From Eledone cirrhosa (Eukaryota): DNA of 64,000 nt. Under the pieces are notes generated by a model. The model worked only from the letters and a program-made list of their open reading frames with translations. It had not been told where the DNA came from and did no database searches. Position numbers and translations under genes: made by a program. The DNA lies in contig OZ024741.1 of the NCBI GenBank assembly GCA_964016885.1, positions 283,650,001-283,714,000 of the forward strand, read 5' to 3'. Numbering within the stretch: position 1 is the first letter of the stretch; every line of letters starts with the position of its first letter. Positions 27,901 to 39,349 of the stretch are shown piece after piece.

Positions 27901-28630
27901 TGGGTGCATTACAATGCATTACAATGTGGTCTGTTCTACATGGAGCCACTGACTGTTTAATGGTAAGGGCCTCTGTTTTGAAAAGCACCAAGATGGTGCT
28001 GAACTGTCTGCCTTCTTCTCTGATGCATTTTAGTTCAGCCTTCACTTCAGATTGTAGGGCCAATTCTGCTTTGCTGGTTTGCACTGAAATACATCTAAAA
28101 ATAAAAATTCTCCTTATTCACCTCGACCAGTATAGTTAGGTTGGCCCAGGTTTGCTCCCTTTTGATCAATTTCCACACCTGGGCCAAACATTCTGCCTTG
28201 TCTGTTAAGTCCATATGGACAAATAGTCTCTGTTTTGCTGCCACAGCACCGAAAGTGTTGTTGTTGTTGTGGTGTCGTTCAGCTTGTTGCTGTCGTTCAG
28301 CCTCTCATTATTGTAGGTGTTGTCTTTTTTGCTGCTGTTGTGCCGGTATTTTTTTCACTTGTTTCCTTGTTGCTGTTAGCGCTTTCATTGTTCATATTTT
28401 TGTTGTTGCTGGAGCTGGTGTTGTTTGTTTTGCTGCTATTGTTGTGGCTGTTGTTGTTACTGATTTTGTTGTTTTTGTCATTGAAAAAAATGGTATTTTT
28501 GTCCATTTTTTTTACCACAAACAAAAGGGTTTTTTTTTGTCTATTTTCTGTAACGGCTGCCTGTAGACACAGCTGACATTGAAACTGCTCTCTGATTCTC
28601 TGTCTATACATTCAGTTTCAGAGATGTGTT
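25000..28630 (-). mobile_element. Decayed L1/Tx1-clade LINE
   Basis: QTCTIPTRSMHDN, LDQLKAFDRV, AYADD-like segment near 26270, WAERKLTLKGQAEVVN. ORF1 remnants include a CFVC..TH knuckle and an Asn-rich N-terminus. A related 3' fragment lies near 46520-46945. Confidence 0.8.
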
Positions 28631-28861
28631 GTGATGCCTCCATGATTGTATTATACAATAAAATAAAATATATATAGGAGAGAACCAACATTTTTACTAT
28701 ATGACCCCCCCCCCCCACACACAGTAAGCAGGCAGACTTACCTAAACTTTTTTTAAGTTTAAAACCTAAATAAAAGCTTAGAGAAAGTAAAAAAAGGTTA
28801 AAATACCTTGAAAAAGAACTGGATCCGATGCTATGTGGGGCTTATGCTTAAGATATCCATA

Positions 28862-30150
28862 ATAATTGTTTCTACTTATGTCACAAGGCCAGCAATTATC
28901 CCAGTGCATTACTGGTACTTTATTTTGTCGACCCCGTAAGGATGAAAGGTAAAGTTAACCTCGGCGGGATTTGAACTCAGATCATAAAGGGAGGTAACTC
29001 TATGCTTCAAAGCATGGCGCCCGACCCTCTACCGATACTGCCAATCTACGTCCATAATAATGATTTCTAGTATAGGCACAAGGCCAGTAATTTTGGGCGA
29101 AGGGAAGTCGATTAAATCGACCCCCAGTAGTTTCTCATGCTTTATTTTATCTACCCCCGTAAGGATGAAAGGCAAAGTTAACCTCAGCAGATTTGAACTC
29201 AGAATGTAAAGAGCCAAAACTCTATGCTGCAAAGCATGGTGCCTGATGCACTACCGGTACCAAACCACCGACCTTAATGATAATAATTGTTTCTACTTTA
29301 GGCACAAGGCCAGCAATTACCCAGTTAATTACTGGTACTTTATTCTATCGACCCCGTAAGGATGAAAGGCAAAGTCAACCTCGGCGGGATTTGAACTCAG
29401 ATCGTAAAGGGATGTAACTATGCTGGAAAGCATGGCGTCCGGCCCTCTACCGATACTGCCAATCCACCGCCCTTAATGATAATAATAATAATTTCTTAGT
29501 CTACATCACATTTTTGTTGTTGTTATTTATTACAAACAACAGTACAAACTCTATTCTCTCTCCTTACATGAGGTAAGAACATAACCTGATTTAAACTGCT
29601 CCTTCTTTTTTTTGTCTCTACTAAAATGTGTGCTCCACTAAAGTACTATACATAGTTGATTATTTTGTGTCCCCTTACCTTCCCACCTACCCCACTCACC
29701 ACCATATCCTGATCAACTAAGCAACCATCAAGAGAGCTAAAACGTTGTAGCTCACATACCACCCCAAGAACTACCACCACTCTTTCTACCAGTAATACTA
29801 CCACCATTATTATAAGGCTTGGATGTACTTTTGTAGGATGAACTACAAAGTTAAAGAAGCCTACCTTAAAGGTATATAAGACCATATCCCACTCTAGGCC
29901 AGCTGCATATAATAAGAACAACAATAATAGTGGTTTCTTATATAGGAACAAGGCCAGTAATTTTGGGGAGGGGAAAGTCGATTAAATCGACCCCAGTGCA
30001 TGACTGGTACTTTATTTTATTGACCCAGTAAGGATGAAAGGCAAAGTTAACCTCAGCGAGATTTGAACTCAGATCATAAAAGGCTGTAACTTTATGCTGC
30101 AAAGTATGTTGTCCAACGCTCTACTGATTCTGCCAATTCACCACCCTAAT
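28862..30150 (-). mobile_element. Cluster of four Meta-like SINE copies (three head-to-tail at about 28865-29050, 29063-29275, 29288-29472; one at about 29933-30150)
   Basis: Repeated CACAAGGCCAG...GACCCCGTAAGGATGAAAGG...ATTTGAACTCAG units separated by AAT runs. Confidence 0.85.
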
Positions 30151-30399
30151 AATAATAATAGCTGTGGAGTAAAAAATACTGGATTGGTGACCAGTGCAGG
30201 ATTGCTCACTTCCATTTTAAGGTTTGAGGATCCCTTAAAGGCGTTTATGTCACCCTCTAGAGATGTTGTCTCAAAAAACAAAACAAAATAAAAACACCAG
30301 TCATGGTGGAACCTTAAAACCACTAACAGCAATGAGTGAAATGAATCAAACATTTGTTTACACAAAGACGTAAATGGGGCTTAAGCTATTAATAAAGGT

Positions 30400-30870
30400 G
30401 CCTTGTCTGGCAGGTGCTCTGTGGTTGAGCAGCACAGGTCCAGTTGTCATCATGACACTGCTAAAATGAAGTGTAGTAAGGAGGTAAACAAGGCTGTTAT
30501 AGTGCGTTATTTTAGAAGCAAGCCTGTGAATGAAAATAGTGATCCTATTAGAAGATATAGAAAAAGGATGTTACAAGTATGGCAGGAGATGGGGCTCACT
30601 GAAATAACTGAATATAGGATTTGTGATCAGGCAAGGGCAATACGCAAAGACAGATGGCTATCTGAGATTGAGATTGAGATAATAAAAAAAAAGATAAACC
30701 AGAAGAGAGTATGGAATATGATGGAATCCAACAGGAAGAAGAACTGAATATTCGAGATGATGTGTGAGGTGACATTAACATTGATGAACTGAAGGGCATA
30801 TCAGAAAAAGACAGACAGATGATTACTGATATAATGGAGATCTCTAAATCAAGTGACAGAAATCCAAAAA
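30400..30870 (+). mobile_element. N-terminal fragment of an R4/Dong-like LINE ORF
   Basis: [12 protein letters not shown]...[21 protein letters not shown], recalled as typical of the Dong/R4 N-terminus. Confidence 0.6.
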
Positions 30871-30974
30871 AACAGTAATGCACCAGCTTTAGCATTCGGT
30901 AACCAGAAGAAGGGAGGTAGGTGTAAAAGCCAATCTCACTGTCTTCAATTTGGTCTTTGTGCCAACCCTTACCT

Positions 30975-31357
30975 GCAAGAGGCTGAAATGAGGTTCCTTA
31001 GAATGGTCTATGGAGTAATGTTACTCGATAGAGTGCATAGCTCAGAGATTAGAGAGTCACTCCAGGAAGAGCCACTACTTCTCCAAATTGAGAGATCATA
31101 GCTCCGATACTATGGGTATGTGGTTAGAATGTCTCAGGAAAGAATCGCTGGACAGATTTTACAGGCAAAACCAACCGGCAGGAGACCCAGGGGTAGATGC
31201 CGAGCAAGATGGTTAGATAACATCCATGTGCTTGGCTGATCTCGCTTGGGAATCCAGCTGGATCAGATGGAGAGGGTTGCTTCTGACAGGACCCACTGAA
31301 AGGAGTGTCTGAGGACTCTGGTCGCACGACCTTCTCAGGAATAAATGGGTGAAGAAG

Positions 31358-31388
<31 letters not shown>

Positions 31389-31395
31389 GGAAGAA

Positions 31396-31441
<46 letters not shown>
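30975..31441 (+). mobile_element. 3' fragment of a second RTE family with (GAA)n tail
   Basis: EAEMRFLRM...ERS*LRYYGYVVRM...GRRPRGR, then (GAA)n at 31351-31441. Confidence 0.8.
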
Positions 31442-31442
<1 letters not shown>

Positions 31443-31789
31443 CTGGCATACTAAATCCTCATGAGTTCTCTCACCAACCAGCCTCAGGTGATAGTGGCTC
31501 CAGTCAAGTAGGATTTAATGTCCATTAGAACTAAACTATGAGTGTAGAAAGTGCTGAAATGGCCCTTACGATCTATTAATTTTAAATCCTAACTATCTAT
31601 CAGTGTGGATTATTTCATTGAATTTTCTTTTACTTTTTGGTATTTAAAGTACATTCATCTTATGGTTTAAATTAAAATACTAAAAGATTGACAAAAACAT
31701 TAATAAAAAAAAAAAAAATGTGTTGGAAATTTTTGATTCTTTCAAAAAAATGCAGAGAATGACATAGACGGCTGCATGTTTCCCTTCTG

Positions 31790-32085
31790 TGGTATATAGT
31801 TCCCATTCTCTGGTATATAGCATAGTATATAGCATGGTATATAGTGTATATAGCACAGAACATAGCATGGTATATTGCATATTATATAGTATATAGTATG
31901 GTATATAGCACAGTATGTAGCATAGTATATAGCATTGTATATACACCCCATTCTAAATCCCACTCTCCACCTCTGTCAGTCTCCACCTGCGCCAGACTCC
32001 AACTGTGCCACTCTCCACCAGTACCATGTTCCACCTGTACCACTCTCCACCAGTAATACGCTCCACCTGTACCACTCTCCACCTC
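31790..32085. repeat. (TATAG/CATAG)-like microsatellite followed by CCACTCTCCACC minisatellite
   Basis: Direct reading. Confidence 0.8.
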
Positions 32086-32213
32086 AAGAAACATTTGGTT
32101 TAGAGGCCACCCTGTTCATTTATCAGATTATGAAGTGTAAATTGCAAGTGTGATGTGTCAGTCATTTCAACCAACTAACATTAACATTAAAATAATCGAA
32201 ATAATTAACATAC

Positions 32214-32306
32214 CAACTGAATGATTTGCAATAACTGTAGTTTGAATTTCAACATAAGCTACTTGATAGCAATCGCCAAATTCAAAGTTTGTGACTTTTT
32301 GGTTGT
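32214..32306 (-). CDS. Host gene coding exon 3 (93 nt, phase 1-1)
   Basis: tttttcatttcttttacAG acceptor and GTATGT donor; NQKVTNFEFGDCYQVAYVEIQTTVIANHSV. Confidence 0.78.
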
Positions 32307-32438
32307 CTGTAAAAGAAATGAAAAATGATTTTAAATTTTCCTCTCTGAAAAAAACCTTCCATACTTGTGAGATTTATTTTGGTTAGAATTCATCATCATC
32401 ACCATCACCACCACCACCATCATCATTAACATCACCAG

Positions 32439-32470
<32 letters not shown>

Positions 32471-33006
32471 TCATCACTGTCACCGTCACCATCACCACCA
32501 TCATTATCACCACCACCATCATCATCCCCGTCACCGTCACCATCACCATCATCCTTACCACTATCACCATCATCATTTTGTGTCTGCTTTCCATGCCAGC
32601 ATGGATTGAACAGATTATCACAGTCTGAGATTAGACAGGCTAGAGGGACTTCATCTTGCTAATACATTCCATATTTGGCATGTTTTCTACTGCTGGATGC
32701 CAATCACTTTACAAAGTTTAGTGGGTGCATTTTGTCATGGCACCAACATTTAAAAGGTTGGTATATGCTCAGTCAGATTGAAAGTCCTCTCTATTCTATA
32801 TTGTCTCTATTTGATCACCAAAGATGTTTAGTGAGTTATTTATTGATCACAGGATATTATATATTAATTTAATTTAATTGTACAAATTTGTATAAAACTG
32901 TGATACCTGAAGGTTCTGTAATAGCTCCTTTGAGGTCTGTCTTCTAGGTGGATGTCTAGTTGGCCAAATGTTAGCACAGGCCCTGTATAAAACTGTAATC
33001 CTTTAA

Positions 33007-33225
33007 CCCTTTAGCATTTACATTACTCTATATTTACTATTATATTTTCACAGTAAAGGTTTTATCTCACATAATTATCTCATAATATTGAATCTATGAG
33101 ATCTTGATATTATTTATTTTGAGAACAATACCTTAACATCAGTATGAGCAGCTGGTTACTGCCAGTTTGAAAAGAAAAAAGTGAGACATTTCTGGCTGGA
33201 TACGGTTGGTTTAAATGTTAAAGGG
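33007..33225. mobile_element. piggyBac-like MITE, second copy
   Basis: TTAA|CCCTTTAGCATTT ... AAATGTTAAAGGG|TTAA. Confidence 0.8.
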
Positions 33226-34230
33226 TTAAGGTTCAGTAATGAGCCTCTCTGAAGTCTGCACCCTAGGAAGCTGCCTTGCTGGTCTTAAAGGTAGCACTAG
33301 CCATGTATAAAACTGTAATCCTCTAAGGTTCCATAATGAGCCTATCCAATGTCTGTGTCCTTGGTGGCTGACGTCTTAACTCTAATACTATCAATTTCAA
33401 GGTCTCTGCTTTAGGTGGCTGCCTAGCAAGGCCATGATTGTAACACTAGCCCTGCACACAACTATTTTTAGAATTTCACCACCAACAGCTATCTATTTAG
33501 GTTATAGTTGTATAATATTTCATGAAACTATTTACCAATGGAATTAATTTAACGCCTTTGAGGGCAGTAAATTGGCAGAGTTGTTAGAGCATCAGACAAA
33601 TGTGTAACAGTAATTTTCTGGCTCTTTATACTCTGAGGTCAAATCATGCTGAGGTCAACTTTGCCTTTCATCTTTTCTGCATCAATAAAATAAATCACCA
33701 GTAAAGTACTGGGTTCAATATAATCCCACCCAATAAATTTCTGGCATTGTGCCTAAAATAGAAATCATTAATTTTAACCCTTTTGGTATTAACCTGCCCC
33801 AAACTGCCTCTGGATTTATGAAACAAAACCAACAATTTTAAAAATTAAAATTTTCCCACAAAATTTGATGTAAGAACCTTTTTATAAGTTATGTTACAAA
33901 TGTGTTAATAAGGAAATGAGGATTTTAGTAAATCCCTCCAAGTTTTTTATTAACTTTTAAAATCCTGTAATGATTTAGCAGGAAATATCTAAAATTGTTT
34001 TTTGTTCATTCAGATATTTATAGTATCTTTACTATTGTTGTGAAAATTTACAATATTAGAGTAAAGACTTCAATTTGTAATGTGACACAATCTCAATGCT
34101 GTTTTATACTTTTCAAGAATGTTTTATTAATACAGTTTCATGTGATACAGGCTGTTTAGAGTTAATTGAAATATAGTCACAAGAGGGTGAAAGACTCATT
34201 AGATAAAAGTAGTAAACAAATGTTACTTAC

Positions 34231-34326
34231 TGATGGTTTCTTCATAAATAAGGAAGTAGTCTTTTTTCAAATCCAAGAGAAATGTATTCAGAGGAACTGG
34301 CTCATCAGATGTTTTGGCTTCCACGC
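34231..34326 (-). CDS. Host gene coding exon 2 (96 nt, phase 1-1)
   Basis: aatcaatttcAG acceptor and GTAAGT donor; (G)VEAKTSDEPVPLNTFLLDLKKDYFLIYEETI. Confidence 0.75.
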
Positions 34327-35284
34327 CTGAAATTGATTTAAAAGTATGAGCTCATTTATATAGTTTACATATATCTGTTGTGTGGGAATGAGTGATTTTG
34401 GATATGTGTGTGTGTGAGACATTGCGTATGTGTGTGTGTGAGTGAGTGAGCAGTGTGTGTGTGTGACATTGTGTATTTGTGTGTGCGCATGAGTATTGTG
34501 TATGTTGAGTGAGCAGTGTGTGTGTGTGTGTGTGTGACATTGTGTATATGTGATTGAGTAGGGTCATCTTTGTTACACACTATGTCAGACTGGGTTTCCT
34601 TAAGAACTATATTAAGGGCACACATGTCTGTGAAATGTTCAACCACTTTCACTATAATACAAGATAGACTGTACATTTATTTGAAAGTAGTGTCAGCCTT
34701 GTCACACACTGTGTCATGCTGAATCTATGTTAAGAGTAAACATGATTATAGATTGCTCAGCTACTTACACTATAATAGTAGATGAAATGTACATGTAATT
34801 CAAAAGCTCTGCCTTGTTAAACATTGTACCATGCTGAATCTCCCTGAGAACTATGTTAAGGAAACATGTGTCAGTGAAATGCTCAGCCACTTCACTGAAT
34901 AGAAGATGGAATGTATGTGTAATTCAAAAGACCTGTTTTGTCACACATACTATGTTATTCTGAATCTACTTTAAGAATAGATGTGTCTGTGGAATGCTCT
35001 GCCACTACCATGTTAATTTCACAAGCAGGCCATTCCATTGATCAAACAACTGGGACACTGATGTCGGTCCAATAACAACAGCATATGACACTGCGTGTCT
35101 TTATTTTTTAGTTTAAGTAAAAAGTTCAAACCCAGTAATACTAAATTCTACCTGATCATTATGTATTCCAACTAAGCAGGGCTGGTTATATAAAATTTGA
35201 AGTCCTTCTCTAGAAACATTTGGGTAAAAAAATTTAAATAATTATACATGATTATTATTTTTTATATTAATGTTCATGATAAAG

Positions 35285-35334
<50 letters not shown>

Positions 35335-36199
35335 AAGAAAGAAGAGTGACATGGTTTGCTATACAATAAGGGCTTTATTCACATTGCTGACAATTGTTTC
35401 TCTGAACTGGTAGGTATAGAGATCGCTACCTGCCTGAAGGGCATATAGTACCGGTATGGCCTACTGTAGACTTGCGACCTTGAATTACTGTATATCCTTA
35501 GGAACGATAAAAGGCTACTCAACAACAAAATAGAAAGGTCAATTTTCTGCACACAGGATCGCTACTAAATTTCACAAGATTTAAGCCACCGTGATTCGAA
35601 CCAACATAACTTACCATTCAACATATGAAATCTGCACTTTCACACAGGCCACTACAGAACTATAATATTCTTTAAACAACTTCTAGCCTCTTTAATTCTA
35701 TACCACAGTAATGTCTGCAAATATCTTATCAGACCATAAATCTATCTCCTCTGCTGCTGTCCAAACCACCTCGGACCAAGCAATTATATCTCACATTAGC
35801 ACTCATGATCTTCAACAGATGAACTTAATTCTAAGTACATTATTTTACTACTACTAGAGTTATAATGAACACCCCAATGTATCCGTAATAGTATTCATCA
35901 TGTTCTCTATATATACCTTGCTTTCTTTACCACTCTATTACCTTATTGCCTCTATTGTTGTTGTTATTGCTGTCTTATTCATGCACAATTTATTATTGAT
36001 GCTGTGAAAGCTAAACCCCCATGATTAGAACTAACAATCCCTACATCTAATACTTAAATAACGAATCTACAACTCCACTCTACACCACATAAAAATTACC
36101 ATCTTCACAACAATGAAAATATTTTATCTGTCAGATAATAAATAAATCATCAACTTATTTATTTTTCCATGCTTTCATAGGTTAGACGGGCCGCCCATA

Positions 36200-37310
36200 T
36201 GATGAGACAAGTCTGGCCAGCCTGCTGCGCCATACCTTGCTCAGACAGAACTGTATTTTGGCTCCTGTTTGACTCCTTCTCCTTCTCTTCTGGACCCTCT
36301 TGCTTTCTCTTAATATGCACATCAAACTCTCTCTACACCATCATCCCTCATGATTATGGCATCTGCGCTCTCCAATATTTTTTAGATTTACGCCCTACCC
36401 CCTATTCCGTATCTACCACTTCTTCACCTGCACATCGACCCATGTAGTCAATGCCCTTCTGTATTCCCTTTGTTGTTCCTTATACATTGGACAAGGAGGC
36501 CGCTGTTTGGCAGACCTTTTTGCTGAACATTTGAGGGGCATATGACTCGGTATGGATACCCCGTGCTCATCATTTCCATTCTCCAGGTCACTCTTTCCTA
36601 CATGTCTTAGTCATTTGTGTCCTTTTACATCGCAGATTACTGGCCTCATATGCTGATTTTCCACCTTGGGTCCAGTTTTCCCAATTGACTCAACTCAACT
36701 CCCCAATTTCTTTAATCTTACACACATACGCTCGTGTTTACTTCTCTACCCCTTGCCACTGTCACCTTTACCTCATCTGTTGTCACACATCACGTCTACA
36801 TTCACCCCTAGATTCCTATGACTCTGTTATGGTCAGAAAAACACACTCTTACAGCTTATACAAACCAACAAAAAATGCACAGACCGCTATATTTACTTTC
36901 ACAGCTCTGTAAGGATAAACACACACACACTTTTATATACACACAAATTTGCTCATAGCTTTGTACTTCAAACACACACACTCTTATACTTACACTAACA
37001 CACACATATCCTCTTAGCTTCATATGGACGTATAAACACATACATGTATACACATAAGCAGACATACAGCTCTATATACAAAACATTTTTTCCCCCCTTT
37101 CTGATAGACGTGCTTGATCACCACCTTTTAAAATAAGATTATCATACACAAAACGTTCAACAGTTTTCCTAGAGATGAATGGACCTGTTATATTTCTCTG
37201 AAAATTTTTTTCCATTTCTGCCACTGCCCGTCTTCTCAATCTTTCTATTTATTCTTTAATTTCTCATTCTATTTTCTGATGAAGGACTAGCATCCGAAAT
37301 GCTAGACTCT
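36200..37310 (+). mobile_element. Heavily decayed Penelope-like element with degenerate HHR in the 3' region
   Basis: SLYTIIPHDYGICALQYFL (RT); LYIGQ..R.LAD.FAEHLR (GIY-YIG, about 36478-36537); CTGATGAAGGA-ctagca-TCCGAAA at 37276-37299. Confidence 0.65.
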
Positions 37311-37559
37311 TTTCTTACTATATCACACGTAAAAATAATAATATATTTCTTCATTGTACTGTGTCATTTTTTCGTTATTTCTGTTTGCCTTTTGCATATA
37401 TATATTTATTTTATTATTTTATTATCTGCATTCCAGCCGAGGGGCTGAGGCCATGCTGGGGCACTGCTCCGATGCTACACTTTTTCTAGTCAGCCTTTCC
37501 TGGTTGGTCATTGATGCAAAGGGGAGTTTATTGCTGCTGCTCTTATTTGTACTTCGCCT

Positions 37560-38820
37560 CATGCTGTGGGTTCATCTTGGTCAGTAAAGTGCGGCGATGT
37601 CTCTTGAAAATATTTACATGCATGCTATGTAGATCTCTCAGATTCTTTGGCAGCATTAAAAAGCTGTGGTTCTTATCCTCAATGTGATGGATGAGACCTT
37701 TGGCACTACACAGTGACGTCCTGTTTCTGGGCTGGTCCTGCCTTCAATGCCGAAGTTTGGTGCTAACCCTTCCAGGATCTTCCATATGTATATCACTGTG
37801 TATCTCTCTTGTCTCTGCTCTAGGGAGTAAAGCTTTAATTTCTTTAGCCTCTCCCAGTAGCTCATCCAGAGGACTAACATGGTTTCTGAATCTCTTGTTC
37901 TGAATGTCCTCAGAATCCAATCTGCCAGTCGTCTGCACATTGCCACCATTTTGGTGATGTGTGCAGGAAACGAGGCATCATAACTCATCTCAATACCCAG
38001 GTCCTGTATTGATTTTGACTCGGAGATTTCGATCACTCCTGGTCCAGTGTACCTTTGTTGTGGTAGTCTTATGTTTGTGGGTTGATAGCGGAGGGCTTGA
38101 AACTTGTTTTTTTCAGCCCATCTGTATATGGCATCTAAATCATGTTGTAAAAGAGTAGCATCTGCCAGTTTCTTGATTGCCTGTGCTACTTTTGTGTCAT
38201 CAACATAGCTTGTGAGGGAGGCTGTCTGTATTACAGAGGGTATGTCTGAGAGAGCCACCACAAACAGTAGCGGCCCCAAGACAGTTCCTTGGGGCATGCC
38301 GCTTGTTATTGACTTTTCCTTTAAGAGAGCCCCATTGGCTGCAATGGTTTGGATTCTATCTTTTAAGAAGTCATGAAGCCATTCACCTAGTTTTCCGGCT
38401 ATGCCAAAGCTATGTAGTTTGTGACATATTATTCCATGATCAACCTTGTCAAAGGCCTTGGCAAAGTCAAGATATATTACATCTACGTTCAAACAGTCTA
38501 GCAGCTGTTTGAGTATCCAACCAAAATTCTGTAAGACAACCTCTACTTAGAAGAAAGCCATGCTGAGTGTCAGTTAGAAGATCATTTTCCTCTCGAAAAG
38601 TGATCAATTTCCTTCTGATGATTCGTTCCATGACTTTGCTGATATGTGAGGTCAGGGAGACAGGTCTGTAGTTTTTAACATCTGCACTGCTTCCTCTTTC
38701 CTTTTATGGATAGGACATATTATGCTTTGTTTTAGTTTTCCAGGTAGTTTACCACTTGCAAGGGATCTTTGGAAGAGGATCTGCAGTGGTTTTGTTAATG
38801 TTCACTTGCATATTTTAGGA
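37560..38820 (-). mobile_element. Decayed CR1-type RT fragment
   Basis: [40 protein letters not shown]. Confidence 0.85.
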
Positions 38821-38929
38821 GGATTGCTGGGAAATAATCATATATATATATATTGGAATATTAAACAAATACATACACATATACACAACTGGCAAATAAC
38901 AGCAGAATGATGAAGTCATTTATACATAC

Positions 38930-39014
38930 CTCCAACCATGAATAATATTGATATTAGTTGTAGAAATATTAGAAATATGTCTAGAGTAGTTTTCTTCCTC
39001 AACAGAAGTTTCAT
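38930..39014 (-). CDS. Host gene first coding exon (signal peptide); exon extends to 39030
   Basis: acaATG MKLLLRKKTTLDIFLIFLQLISILFMVG-G; donor GTATGT; acceptor tcttcttccatAG 16 nt upstream of the ATG. Confidence 0.75.
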
Positions 39015-39349
39015 TGTGGACCTCTCTTCTCTATGGAAGAAGAAAAGTAACAACATTAATACTTGTTTGATTAGCTATGTCGTTTTTAACACTCAATGAA
39101 GCAAACATAAGTGGCTTCAAATATGAATATCCTTCTCTCTTGTATTTTCATAAACATAAATACCCATATATATGGACAAGCATATGCACACACACACACA
39201 CACATATATATATGTGTGATGGACTGCCTCATCATGTTCAATGCATGAGGAGCCAAAAAACTTTAATTTCTTTTTACTCCACATCTTTTTGTGTCTTCTG
39301 TAAAACACTAAACCTGCTTTATTTTTGCTAATCACACTGAAAAAAAGTT

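Noticed and set aside
34285-34310. CTGATGAG on the minus strand
   Set aside because: Lies inside the predicted exon; no GAAA or stems in register.
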